A DNA stretch of 64,000 nucleotides from IMG/VR virus record IMGVR_UViG_3300023707_000001; one strand, written 5' to 3'. This stretch comes from a virus (lineage: Duplodnaviria; Heunggongvirae; Uroviricota; Caudoviricetes). The notes below the pieces were generated by a model that saw nothing but the letters and a program-made list of their open reading frames with translations, was not told the DNA's origin and ran no database searches. Below are positions 8,337 to 19,781 of this stretch, piece by piece. Position 1 is the first letter of the stretch; each line of letters starts with the position of its first letter. The translations under genes and the position numbers were made by a program.

Positions 8337-8876
8337 TCATAACCTTGACAAATATTTTGCCGGCACTCTGTCCGTTAACCATACGCCATTGACGGACTGG
8401 TAGAACAGGAAACCATCCCTGTACATCTCACCAGCAAACACCCTGTAAATAATATTCTTGCCTTTGCGTCTGGCCGCTACCTTTGTCGCGGTTTCTACGT
8501 TCTCCGATAAATGTACATGCAGCCTATTTCCTTTTATCAGTCCTTTTGCCTCAATGGAAGCGCTGTTCTTTTCTACAGTACCGTGATATAGTACGGCGGG
8601 CGGTTTCACCGGCTTCAGCTCCACATCCACATGTATCGAATGTCCCTGGTTGGCTCTTATCTTTTTTCTGTCTGCGCTGAACGAAAACCTTTGTTTGTCG
8701 TTCTCTGCGACAATTCTCTCCAGCAGGGGAAGGTCTATACTGTGGCCTGTCTTATTTATTTTTTGCAGCAGTTCTTCCACATTAGCCCAGCCATGCTCGT
8801 CAAGCGTGATGCCTATTGTCTCTGGCTTATGGCGCAAAATCAGAGATAAGAATTTGCTTAGCTTCTTTAGCTCCAT
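8337..8876 (-). CDS. kptA: RNA 2'-phosphotransferase (Tpt1/KptA family)
   Basis: Strong match to KptA/Tpt1 signature blocks: LSKFLSLILRHKPE, GW, KQRF, IRANQGHS, LYHGT, LHVHLS, ATKVAARRKG, NGVWLT. Confidence 0.9.
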   Translation of the reverse strand: MELKKLSKFLSLILRHKPETIGITLDEHGWANVEELLQKINKTGHSIDLPLLERIVAENDKQRFSFSADRKKIRANQGHSIHVDVELKPVKPPAVLYHGTVEKNSASIEAKGLIKGNRLHVHLSENVETATKVAARRKGKNIIYRVFAGEMYRDGFLFYQSVNGVWLTDRVPAKYLSRL

Positions 8877-8879
8877 GAT

Positions 8880-9317
8880 TTAAGCCTCTCCGTTATATCT
8901 GTATTTATCGCCATACAGCTCTTTTATCCAGTAACGCAGTGTATCCCAGGCTACACCCAGGTTGGCATCGTGATGTGCTTTTACTTCATGCAACACATGG
9001 GCGGCTTCCTGTCTGGTCATGCCTAAATCCCGATAAAGTACTTCTGTGTTGCTTTTATCAAAGGCTACCAGCATATCGAGAACATCATCTACGGTCCAGA
9101 TAATTTCAATCTGTTCCGGGTACTTTGTTTCTTCCATTTTTTCCTCCTCAAACCAGGTCATCATGTTTTTGAAGCAGACAACCTTGTCATAGCACTTTTT
9201 CCCATTTTCCTGCGCTACGGGGCAATGCTTACAGTCTAAGCCTGTGGCCATAGTCAGAGCGAGTTCTTCCTCCGTTAGCGTTGCCAGGCATTCAATCAAT
9301 TTCTCTTTGTTTGCCAT
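8880..9317 (-). CDS. hypothetical protein (145 aa)
   Basis: Minus ORF immediately upstream of kptA. Confidence 0.45.
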   Translation of the reverse strand: MANKEKLIECLATLTEEELALTMATGLDCKHCPVAQENGKKCYDKVVCFKNMMTWFEEEKMEETKYPEQIEIIWTVDDVLDMLVAFDKSNTEVLYRDLGMTRQEAAHVLHEVKAHHDANLGVAWDTLRYWIKELYGDKYRYNGEA

Positions 9318-10378
9318 GTCTTTACCTCTGCTTTATCCTTTCTGCCACATTCTCTTTGGTGGGTTCGATGCCTTTTTTATGCAGTTTCCACTCACCGTCC
9401 GTGACATAATAGACATCGCCGAATGGTTCAAGAAATTTTATCAGTTTTTCGTCTCCAAGAATAGCTACATTTTCTGGCATCGCTTCAGCTACCTTGTTGA
9501 GCATATCAGCCGTGTACAGAATCATTCTATTCTCACCTTTCTTTGTCAGCCACAAGCCGAACTAAAAGAGATGTAGCTCTTTTTCGGCTTTTCTTTTACC
9601 GGCGCCCAATATACTTCGCCATATTCGTTAGGCTCGGCATAGCAGCACTTCTCGCCGTAAGTGACGTCGTATTTATAGTGTTCGCACTTATTGCAATTCT
9701 TTTCCGGAGTTCTCTCCGTCATGCAAATTTTAGCCATCGTTCACAGCCCCGTAAAATACTCACACAGCCACCAGGTTACACTATAAAGATATCTGCCGTT
9801 GCGTTCTTCAAATACATCATTGCTGATACCGTACTTGTCTCTGTTTCAAGCGGCGATACCACCAATGACGTTCTTGGTGGCGCCGCACCTTATCCGATTT
9901 TTTCATTGGCCACTTCCTTAAACACATAGAATGATGAGTGAAGTCCGTAGTCCCACCAGATACGGCCCTTGTCGTCGGCCATCTGACGAACATATCGCGG
10001 CTGATATTCGTTTTTCTGCCACCAGTCTCTTACAGACTGTTGAGCTTCTTCAAGGCTGTTGAATGTGCCATGATATTCGTCCTTATGAGGCTCACCTATG
10101 CACATTCCAAACGCCTTTACCCAATGCACTTCATATTTCATCGCTTTCCCTCAATTCATCCGCCCATGGAAGGAGCTGCGCCGTCCAGTACTTAACCTGC
10201 TCTCTTTTCCATGTAATGTTAAACATATCACTGACAAAATTATCATTTTGAGGAACATAGTGACCGAAGACAACCATTAATTCGTCGTCGCTGTGGTCAT
10301 CAAGGACGGCAAGATAACAATCTACCCATGGTGATGGCAATTCTTTTGATGTTTTGTGCCACTCGACCTCAAATCTCA

Positions 10379-10900
10379 TCATAGCTCTTCCGCCTTTTGT
10401 GCTCCATCATAATCCTTTTCAGACAAATATCCGCAGAAAGTATGATAGTTGCAATCTTCGAGCACGTCTTCAATCTTTTTACGGAACTTGTTTGCTTTAT
10501 GGAGTTCAATAAATGTACGCAAATCGTCTTTATAAAAACCCCAACCGATTGCGTGACTAAGGTCACGCCCATTTCTCACTTTGCGAAAGGCTGCCGGCCA
10601 ATCGTGGCGAATTGCCGCCGATTTCTTCCCTTTATCAATCATCTTTTCGACTTCTGAAAGGACTTCTGCGTTTGCGCCAGTCTTAACAGCAGTTGAGTAT
10701 ATTCGGGCGCCCGTTGCTTCAGTATCCTCAGCTCCTACCAAGACGGAGTCAACATCAGCCTCCATGTGGATAATGGGATTGCCTTTAACAAAGCTGATAT
10801 CCTCAGTGTTAAAAAACTCTTTAGAGAATGCCTTATAGACATCACACATCTGTGCTAAAGATTCTTGTGTCATAAACTCACTCCTTTTTCTCTTCTTCAC
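10379..10900 (-). CDS. hypothetical protein (173 aa)
   Basis: Minus ORF; no confident domain call. Confidence 0.45.
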   Translation of the reverse strand: MKKRKRSEFMTQESLAQMCDVYKAFSKEFFNTEDISFVKGNPIIHMEADVDSVLVGAEDTEATGARIYSTAVKTGANAEVLSEVEKMIDKGKKSAAIRHDWPAAFRKVRNGRDLSHAIGWGFYKDDLRTFIELHKANKFRKKIEDVLEDCNYHTFCGYLSEKDYDGAQKAEEL

Positions 10901-11197
10901 ACGCCTTCAGCAATTCCCCTATAGGTTTTGCAGCAACCTTCCTAAGTGGAATAGCCTTAAATTCAGCTGTTGGTTCCTCTTCGGCGCCGGTTTCATAAGT
11001 CACCGTTGCGTACAGATATTTATCTTCCCATTTTTTGACACCATCGCAATAGCAGTCTTCATAGTCCGCCATTGCATCCTCGACCATTTTTTCCAGGTAT
11101 TGCCTGACTTCTTCTTCTGTGCCTTTTGTAAAAATATAAACGCCACCTAAATTAAGCAACCATAATTCTCGTTGACTTTTCGCCATAACAACTTCTC

Positions 11198-11536
11198 CTA
11201 CAACCTGACTGATTCCTTGCAAACCAGTCTTACCAATTCATCCACCACCTCTGCATCTGCATCTTCCGGCAATTGGTGCACAATAGCTATGCGGGCCATT
11301 ACTTCTGCGGGCGGAATGACTAAGTGTGTCCCTATCGCCGCCGCCACAACAAAAACCATACACATGGCATACGATTTGAAGTTGCGTTTAAGCCAATTTT
11401 CTTCTTCGCAAGCACAATAAAATGGAATGGTACTTGCTAGGATAACAACGCTGGCAAAACCAAGCATAAACATAATTTCACGTATGAAATATGTCGCATG
11501 TACTAAATACCCTGTCCAGGGCGAAATCAAAGTCAT
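11198..11536 (-). CDS. small membrane protein (112 aa)
   Basis: Two to three hydrophobic helices. Confidence 0.4.
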   Translation of the reverse strand: MTLISPWTGYLVHATYFIREIMFMLGFASVVILASTIPFYCACEEENWLKRNFKSYAMCMVFVVAAAIGTHLVIPPAEVMARIAIVHQLPEDADAEVVDELVRLVCKESVRL

Positions 11537-11551
11537 CGTTCATACCTACTC

Positions 11552-11986
11552 TCATTCAAACTCGCCAATTTTGATGAAGAACGGGCCGTCTTTTTCAAAG
11601 CCACTTGTCTGACGGTTATTCTCTTCCGGCGTGCCGTCCCATTCCATATAGATTTCTTCGTAAAACCCGCCTTCGTGTTCGAGTGTGACACTGCAGATAT
11701 CTTTATGTTTTTGGATGCGTTCAAAAGGAAGTTCACCTTCTTCTTGGAAATAATCCTGCTGCCAAAACTCTTTTTTGTTAGCCCCTGGATTAATCTCGAC
11801 GAAGAAGTAGCTACATACTTCGTGCTCTTGCAGCGCATTGTCACATTTCCGGTATTTAAACATAGTTGACGTAATTCCGCCAACTCTAAACGCCTCAATG
11901 TAACGAGCCGGAATTTTAATACTGGATACGTTTTCAAAGTTAAGCGTGATTGATTTTAAAACTTTTTCTGCCATACTACCCTCCAT
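11552..11986 (-). CDS. hypothetical protein (144 aa)
   Basis: Minus ORF. Confidence 0.4.
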   Translation of the reverse strand: MEGSMAEKVLKSITLNFENVSSIKIPARYIEAFRVGGITSTMFKYRKCDNALQEHEVCSYFFVEINPGANKKEFWQQDYFQEEGELPFERIQKHKDICSVTLEHEGGFYEEIYMEWDGTPEENNRQTSGFEKDGPFFIKIGEFE

Positions 11987-11993
11987 CCTAAAC

Positions 11994-12461
11994 TTAAAGG
12001 AATCTATACTCCGTTCCGCTTCGCTTCAGGTGATAAATTGTACTGCCGCATCCCTGACATTCGTATTCATATTCAACGAAACCGCAACCATCACCATACA
12101 TGGTATATTTCAATTCCGTTGAACCGCATTTATTACAGGCAATCTTTCCATTCTTAAAGCGAGCTCCCTTTAGGATATTCGGCCTAAGACACCACTTGTC
12201 AAGCATGATATCTTTTAAAGCTTTCCGACGTCTGTCTTTCCCTTTTTCAAGCCTTTTATTGTTAATGGACCGATGGAAATAATCTCCCCGGTCAACAAGC
12301 CTATGGGCACGAAGAGCGTTTATAAGGTTTACCTTTCCATCTTTCCAGTACAGAGTCTTATGAGCTTCTTCAGGGGCTTTGCGGATAAAGAATTTAATAT
12401 CAGCAATGGTGGTGTATTTTTCTGCCGGGTATCTTTTCTTTAACTTAATGTACTTATTCAT
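11994..12461 (-). CDS. hypothetical protein with C-terminal Zn-ribbon (155 aa)
   Basis: CNKCG...CQGCG motifs. Confidence 0.45.
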   Translation of the reverse strand: MNKYIKLKKRYPAEKYTTIADIKFFIRKAPEEAHKTLYWKDGKVNLINALRAHRLVDRGDYFHRSINNKRLEKGKDRRRKALKDIMLDKWCLRPNILKGARFKNGKIACNKCGSTELKYTMYGDGCGFVEYEYECQGCGSTIYHLKRSGTEYRFL

Positions 12462-13449
12462 TAGTCGTCATACTCCGTTGTCCATTCATAAGCGGTATCT
12501 ACACGCACGATGGTTTCATAAAGCCCTGCGCCGTGAGCCGAGCATACATACAAGAGCTCTTCCTGAGTCGGCTCATGGTCGAATTTTATCTCGGCCAAAA
12601 ACTCTAAGTCCATTTCGCCTTTGAAGCTGCGGTAATTATGTGCCTTTTTATCCTGTTCCACGGTGACAATCCAGATTTTTCTCATCCGGTCACCTTCATT
12701 GCATACTGCCACAGGCTTTCCGATAAAATTGATGCCGCCGTTTTTGTCTTCGGCCGCCTTTACATCTTCTTCATTCAGACGGATTTTCTTACCGTCTCTG
12801 GTTGTAATGAACATCAACGAAAATACACCCCATCCACATCAATAGCAATTTTGCCATCTCGTTCCCATACATCAAATCCGGTCTCTTCTTGTTCTTCTAC
12901 ATATTGATAAGGGCTGGTCTTGACGGCGACGCGCGCAACAACTTCCATATCGTCCGGATATTCCTTTAGAATATCAATCAGTTCTTTTACATTCATGACA
13001 AAACCTCCAAACGTTCGAGCAGGACGCGGCCGATTGCAAGTCTCACATCGTCTGTATTGAAGTCCTGACAATCATGGCTTTCGTCTACTGCTGAAGTTGT
13101 AAATACATTTTCGATAACATCTTCGGAAATTCTATCTGTAATATCGCCCGCATAATCGCTGCCGGTGACTCCTCGAAGCAACGCAAGTGTAATCTGTTTA
13201 ATTTCTGTTCTTCCTGCGTCGTAATTTTTGTATACAGATTCGTTTGGCATTTTTAACATTCACCTACTTCTTCGTAATCCGTAATCTCAAAAATGTCGCC
13301 GCCGCAGAACAAATCTCCGTCGCTGTACTCATCTTCTGCTTGCCGCCGGAGTTCAGATACATCGTAATCGTCATCAACTTCGATGGTTACGCTGCCTTCT
13401 TTTACGACATTAAAATTAACTCTTACCCTTTTCATACAAGCACCTCCGA

Positions 13450-13887
13450 TTACTTACCCTGCTGCCCCTGCTCCAGAATTTTTTTAGCCTGTGCGGCGGT
13501 TTCATTTACGTCGCGTTTACCGACCTTTACCGTGTCACCAGCCTTATGCTCAACAATAATAACTTCGCCCTCCATCATGCCCAGGTTAGATGATTCTTTG
13601 AATACATAGGTTTTGGGCTGATAGTCGGCCGGAGCATCTTCGGTGAGATACCAGATGTTGGCATTTTTATCCCACTGTACGGTGTACGGGATAATGCGTT
13701 TGCCCGGGTCTACATCGATGGTAGACGTGCCGCCCGTACGGCGGGCATCCTGTTGACAACCGCAGAGCATGAGCGCAAAGGCTACCAAGATTAATGCGAC
13801 AAATACTTTCATGTTCTTCAAACGAATACCTCCCAACTCAATAATCACCAAAAGATGGAGCCTTTCCAATCTTCGTTGACATTCCAA
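13450..13887 (-). CDS. putative lipoprotein (145 aa)
   Basis: Signal peptide with lipobox LMLCGCQQ. Confidence 0.5.
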   Translation of the reverse strand: MECQRRLERLHLLVIIELGGIRLKNMKVFVALILVAFALMLCGCQQDARRTGGTSTIDVDPGKRIIPYTVQWDKNANIWYLTEDAPADYQPKTYVFKESSNLGMMEGEVIIVEHKAGDTVKVGKRDVNETAAQAKKILEQGQQGK

Positions 13888-14125
13888 GCTTCAACACTCA
13901 AACGATAACTGTGATTTTCGAAGTCCATGTTTTTAACGCACTCGTCAAAGTTCCCATGGCAATCCCAATCACATTCGTCTTCGTCTTCTGTGAGCTGCTT
14001 CCAGTTTTCGCGAAGGCATTTTTCAAAACCTTTGCGAGCCTTTTCTTTGGAATCGTATACACCCCTAATCTGGATAGGTTCTCCAGTTTCCGGGAAATTG
14101 TAAAACAAAATAATCCACGCTTTCT

Positions 14126-14575
14126 TCAAGCGAACACCTCCCAGTTCACGAATGTCTGGCGAATTTCCTGTTTCAGCCGGCGTTCATCGTCGTCATTAAA
14201 CTTAAAAGTGTCAATCATATCCATCAGCTCCTGATAGCCTTCAAAAATATGACTAACAGTCATTGCGATAATCTGGGGGTTGCTGATGGGGTTTTCGCGG
14301 CCGACCAGATTGTAAATATCCAGTTCATGCTGGATACTGTCTTCTAACATACCGTAATGTTCACCGTAAATAATGGCGCTGCACTCATCTTCGTCATCAC
14401 GGTCTTCGTTGGGCAGCATGCTAGGTGCTACCCCCTCTTCTGTAAGATAATCTTCCAAAGTATCGATAAGCTGGCCTTTGAACTCAGCCAGGGTATTTTC
14501 ATTCAACTGACTCATTTTCATCCTCCTGACGCTTACGTTCATACATATCATCAATAATTGGCATAACAGCGTCAT
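14126..14575 (-). CDS. hypothetical protein (149 aa)
   Basis: Minus ORF. Confidence 0.45.
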   Translation of the reverse strand: MTLLCQLLMICMNVSVRRMKMSQLNENTLAEFKGQLIDTLEDYLTEEGVAPSMLPNEDRDDEDECSAIIYGEHYGMLEDSIQHELDIYNLVGRENPISNPQIIAMTVSHIFEGYQELMDMIDTFKFNDDDERRLKQEIRQTFVNWEVFA

Positions 14576-15406
14576 AAATCTGGCTGTATGCTTCGTAATC
14601 GATTTCGCAAGTCGAATTTAGCCCGCTAAAAAAGTCGTTGATTTCAGCTTTGAGCTTTTCTTTCTCGCTTGCCTTTTCGGAAATGCCCCAACCCATAGTA
14701 GTACCTCCTTGAATATTTTTAAAGGCTTTCCTACCCAGATACACATTCTTGCTGCGGGTCGTATACTAAAGCCTTTTTAAGGTCTTCGTCTGATTTATCC
14801 ATCCATTTTGCCAACGTTGTTTCGCAGGTTTTCAGCGTGGGATGAGTGCAACAATACTTCCATGCTGGGCAATGCGAACATTTGATGCTTACATTTTCTG
14901 CCAATTCTTTATTCGACAATGAACGCAGGTAATCAATCAGCTCGTCGCGGGCTCTTTTCATTATGGCTCACCTCACTTTACGTCTTCTTCAAACTTTTGC
15001 TCAACCCATAGCCGAGTGCCTAATTGGCAAAAATCTTCTTCTACGCCATCGTGCTTGCAGTATTCTGCGTAGGCGCATGTGGCACCGCAACCGAGTAGGT
15101 TTATGTTCCTGACGAATTGTGCCAATTCTTCGTTGGACAAACTTCTGACATAATCCGCGTTTTGCATCTTACATAACCTCTTCACGGAAATATTCGACGA
15201 TGTATTCCGATGCGGATGTACAACCGGTGCCTCCGTTTACCACGACTTTATCGTCAATGATGATTGCGCCCCATAGAGAGCCATTCTCATCCGTGTAGAT
15301 GGTGGCAAAGCTTACTTCGCCATTCCGGATATCTAAAAGCCGGTAATCAACCATCTCCCAATGATTATAGTCGGCAAATTCATGAATCCTTTTAATTGCT
15401 TCTGCC

Positions 15407-15868
15407 CTATCCAACACACTTTTCCCTCCTCACTTCTTTTACAATAGCATCGATATCTACGATAAGGTCTTCGCCCGTTGGCCCCGGATATGGGTTCTCG
15501 TGATAAGAAAACATTCCGTAGGGTGTCGGCGCCTCGTTAATCGTACACGGTACAAGTTTTGCCGCTGCATCTGCCAAAGCCTTAATGATGGCGTTGTATA
15601 CTTCTTTAGGCTTCTGGGATTTGAATGTATAATCCATAATATTATAGAATCTCAGCTCAATATACTGACCATTCCTATTAATACTCTTAAATTGCGTATT
15701 GGCGAAAGTACCGGCTGGAGTCTTGATAAAGAACATCCCTGGCGCGTTCTGCACCTTATGCTTCGTTTCCATCGCTTCTACTCGTTTGATAAGGTTACTA
15801 ACCGTTTTCTCGTGGTTTTCTTTATTTCGCTTCTTAAACCAATCGAACATACTTACACCCCCAGACAT
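15407..15868 (-). CDS. hypothetical protein (153 aa)
   Basis: Minus ORF. Confidence 0.45.
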   Translation of the reverse strand: MSGGVSMFDWFKKRNKENHEKTVSNLIKRVEAMETKHKVQNAPGMFFIKTPAGTFANTQFKSINRNGQYIELRFYNIMDYTFKSQKPKEVYNAIIKALADAAAKLVPCTINEAPTPYGMFSYHENPYPGPTGEDLIVDIDAIVKEVRREKCVG

Positions 15869-16474
15869 TCTGCCTCAAAACTGTAAGTGTGCAGCCCGTG
15901 CATGTTATACAGCAGGTCAGCCAAGTCTCCTGTGTATTCTTCGCCAGTAGTGAGATAGCCTTCATTGTCAACTACAGCGTCACACCTGCTGTTAATTTCG
16001 TCATAGTCCAGATCTTCTCTACCATCCAGTTCGTAGTAGTCAAGGATGCCTTCGCTTACCAAATCCATAAGGATAGCTTTCGCCTGGCCTTCATGCCTTG
16101 CTGCCACTACTCCGTAAATCTGCATTTTTACTCACACCTCTTCTGCAAATGCAATAAGCGACTCATACGTTGGCAAAAATTTAACACAACCTTCTGGCGA
16201 CTCAACAAGAATGGACTCATTATTGTCCTCAATATCATCTTCGCGCACGAAAGTGACTGAATAATTAAGCTTGTTAAGTGCGCATATTGCATCTCCCAAC
16301 GTCATCGGGTTGCCGACACGGATATCCGGTTCCCCAACATAATCGTCCGAAGTCAGGACGACTTCACAATCACGGTACATATCATAAGCCTTGTCGTAAG
16401 CTTCGTTTTCGTCTTCAGCCTCAACTTCGATAGTGCGGGCCAGTTCCTCGCTGATTCTTACTTTATAAAGCATG

Positions 16475-16888
16475 TTAATTCCCTCTTTTCTTGGTAAGGA
16501 AAATCATGTAATCACAATATCCTCTATCTCGCATATAGAGATAAAAGCTAATTGTGTCGGCGGATTCTTCCTTCTTATAAGCTCGCGGAATAGCTTTCTG
16601 GGCGCATCGTCTGGACAGGTGGGAGAATTTCCTCACGACATAATATGCCATGTCATTAACCTCTTTCTGGGACATGTCCCAAACGCCTTCGGCGTACTCA
16701 TCTACCCAATTGTTGTAGCCCAGGCCTTCTTCGCTATCGAACCAGAGTTCTGACACAGTTTCAACACAATATCCGCTTCTTAATAACGACTTTAGGCGCT
16801 TACTGCTAAATACTACGCCCTCTTTCTTACTATAATGCTTCATCCAGAAACTGTCAATCGGTTTTTTCTTACTCATTTGCTGTTGCAA
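16475..16888 (-). CDS. hypothetical protein (137 aa)
   Basis: Minus ORF. Confidence 0.45.
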   Translation of the reverse strand: MQQQMSKKKPIDSFWMKHYSKKEGVVFSSKRLKSLLRSGYCVETVSELWFDSEEGLGYNNWVDEYAEGVWDMSQKEVNDMAYYVVRKFSHLSRRCAQKAIPRAYKKEESADTISFYLYMRDRGYCDYMIFLTKKRGN

Positions 16889-17292
16889 CCTTACTTCAAT
16901 ACTCGATATTTCCAGTTCCGGCCATTAGCCGAGGCGATATAATAATCGTCTTCTTTTTTTCCGCTGGTCCATGCTTCTATAGGAAGCTCCATTAACTGCC
17001 TGCCGGCAGGATGAACAAGCCTGAGGCCTTTTCGCGTCATATAGAACAGCCGTTCCTGGTCGGCTTCCTTGTCGGCCAAAACTGCTTCAACCATTTTAAT
17101 GGCCGGACGGCCTGATAACGTTACTATTCCATACTTTGTTTGAAGATATTCTGCTACTTCACTAGCATACAAATAATGCTCGTTGGATTCAACCTTTTGA
17201 TAGTATGTATACATCTTTTTCATCCTTTCTCTTCTCTAAAAACCACTATGATTGAGAGCAGAGCATTTGGCTGCCCCCAACTGTACTAGCTT

Positions 17293-18222
17293 TTAAGCAA
17301 CAGCCTGTACGCCCTTATCTGTAATTTCACATGATAAGTTGGCAAGCATCTTCGCATAGATTTCCTTGCTCTTTTCTATGAGCATTGCAGATCGTCCAGT
17401 CTGTTTTGCGGCAATACCAAGATTGCCCGAGCCGGCGAACTGGTCTAAAATATATTCGCCCGGCTTTGTGACATAACTTATAATTTGCTTTAAGAGTTCA
17501 ACCGGCTTTTCTGCTTTATGAATCTTTTCTCTGACAGACTTGGGCTGATAATCAAAAGCTATTGGTAGCATCCCTGCAGCACCGCGCATAATTCCTCCGC
17601 GCTGTTTATCAGGTCGAAGCCTGCGTGGTTCGCCTTTCGTGAAGATAACCACCTGCTCCATATTCTTTGCTTTCCGTCCTGTGTTGGCCACGAATGTTCC
17701 TTTCGTCCATGGCACAGTAGCATAATATTTGAAGCCGGCTTTCTCCGCCATCTTCTTGCATTGGTAAATGTAGTCATAGTTATTGGCGTTTTCCTCCGCA
17801 AAGAATTCGACAAGAAAAGCGCCATCTTTTAGCACGCGAGCCTTTTCGTTGAAATCGTCCTGTGTGTATTTGAAGACATCGTAATTAGCAAAATTACGAT
17901 TGCCTCCCTTAAGACTTTTCTTATCCTCATACGGATGGTCAGTAATAATGGCATCAATTTTCGCATCCTTAATCATAGACAAATCCCGACCATCACCATT
18001 AATGGCCATAATATTCGCTCCATTATCACGGATAACCGTATACACACCACGTCCTACTCGTTGAAACATAGTGCCAAGGTTATCATATACCCTGGCACGT
18101 AGTGTTGTTGCAGGCTTGTCTTGTATTGCCTCGTTAAGCTCTTTGAGGGTAAATGTTTCTTTATCCCCCATTAATGCAGCAATACGCTGAGCCATGTTCT
18201 GAATATGCTCAATCGTCTTCAA
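17293..18222 (-). CDS. DNA methyltransferase (N6-adenine/N4-cytosine, beta-class)
   Basis: Motif IV D-H-P-Y (DPPY variant) lies N-terminal to motif I FAGSGN, the beta-class order. Confidence 0.75.
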   Translation of the reverse strand: MKTIEHIQNMAQRIAALMGDKETFTLKELNEAIQDKPATTLRARVYDNLGTMFQRVGRGVYTVIRDNGANIMAINGDGRDLSMIKDAKIDAIITDHPYEDKKSLKGGNRNFANYDVFKYTQDDFNEKARVLKDGAFLVEFFAEENANNYDYIYQCKKMAEKAGFKYYATVPWTKGTFVANTGRKAKNMEQVVIFTKGEPRRLRPDKQRGGIMRGAAGMLPIAFDYQPKSVREKIHKAEKPVELLKQIISYVTKPGEYILDQFAGSGNLGIAAKQTGRSAMLIEKSKEIYAKMLANLSCEITDKGVQAVA

Positions 18223-18657
18223 AGGAAATCAACCTTTCTTCCTCTATCGGTTCGTCTTTTTTAAATTTGTGCAGCCTATTGCTCTTACAGTATTCGCAAG
18301 AGCCGTGATTGCGGCAAGTATGGTCTACGGCTTTGGCGCCGCGATATGGCTTGCGGTGTTCCTTGCCATGGGCAATGGCTTTATCCAAAGACATGTCAAC
18401 AACCTCACTTAAGTTCTTTTTCGACAAGTTTCAATTCGTATTCAGCTTCGCAGTGTTCTTTATTGTCCCAAAAATGAAGTTCGGCAATATTATTCACTAA
18501 GTCGCCGTCTGCTATTTCATCGGAATAGAACATATTATCGAGGGTTTCATAAAAAGCCTTGTGAGCCTTTTCTCTTGAATCAAAAACATCACGCAGAGAT
18601 GCGCCATCGTGTGTCCAGCTTACTAATGCATATACTTTCACATTCGATTCTCCTTCC

Positions 18658-18972
18658 TTAATGCTCGCGAATAACAAAGACTTTACTTATTTGCTCACTA
18701 TGTCCAAAACCGTCCTGATGAACCAAATCAATTACATACTCCTCAGGTTCTTCGCCTGCCCGTCTTTTTCGATGAGCAACATAGCCATTGACATTACTGT
18801 GGGCAAAATTCACAAATTTTTCTCCTACAGGCAAGTCAACAAAAGTTGTATCCCCATCGTCAACCAGTTTTTTATCTCCACCGCATCCGGCGCAAAGAAT
18901 AGCAGTTGTTAACAATACTGCGGCAAAAAACTTTTTCATTTTTTCTCCTTCATTAAAACCAAGCAGCACCAA
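18658..18972 (-). CDS. putative lipoprotein (104 aa)
   Basis: Signal peptide plus LCAGCGG lipobox. Confidence 0.45.
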   Translation of the reverse strand: MVLLGFNEGEKMKKFFAAVLLTTAILCAGCGGDKKLVDDGDTTFVDLPVGEKFVNFAHSNVNGYVAHRKRRAGEEPEEYVIDLVHQDGFGHSEQISKVFVIREH

Positions 18973-19375
18973 CAGATTCTTTTCCGTTCAGATTCAGTTG
19001 TACGACGTGGCGTGCCTGTTCTGAGCGATAATATTTACGGCGCGAAAATGCATCGCTAATAACATCATGGTTAATCTGCTTGATTCGGTCGTTGTAGCCA
19101 TCATCCCATGTCTTACCCGGATTTCTGCAAGAATCTATATGAGTGTACCATTCACAGCCCCAATAGCCGTTGGTTTTATGCGCCCGGATAGCTTCGGCTG
19201 CAGCGTGCGGTGTGAAATACCCCAGCGACTCTTCAATCATGCAAGCAATCAGTCGCGGATAACGGGCAAGAATCCGTCTCCAATTAGCATAGGCGACACT
19301 GTTTTTGACCACAATAGCCATAGGTTGCACCTCCTTTACAGATAAATAGTAAGGATTGGGTAGATGCCGTTGCAA
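18953..19375 (-). CDS. hypothetical protein (140 aa)
   Basis: Minus ORF. Confidence 0.45.
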   Translation of the reverse strand: MQRHLPNPYYLSVKEVQPMAIVVKNSVAYANWRRILARYPRLIACMIEESLGYFTPHAAAEAIRAHKTNGYWGCEWYTHIDSCRNPGKTWDDGYNDRIKQINHDVISDAFSRRKYYRSEQARHVVQLNLNGKESVGAAWF

Positions 19376-19781
19376 GAACGCTGTGACTCAAAGACGATAT
19401 TGCGTTCTACAGCATCAGCTAATCTCTTTAAATCTTCCATAGAGTCAAGTTCAATCAAGAGCTTGGCATTTTCGCCTTCGTCAAGTCGTTCCAACGTGAA
19501 GCCAGCTTCAAGAATGGGCTTTGCGTATTCATCGATAAGGTTTCCTATCTTTTGATACTGCATGCTTTTAATTATGCATTTCATAAAATCAGCTCCTCAC
19601 ATTTCCTCAGTACCCAAATGTTCGTAATAGTACCTAAGAGCTTCTGCACACGAAAGATGACACCTAGCATTACATGCACTATAAGCAGGGCAATTCTTAC
19701 AATAAATGTTATTATTCTTTTTAACAGCATCACCTATAAAGTCCCAAAACTCTCTTCTAGAAGTATCTAAATTGCTCACTT

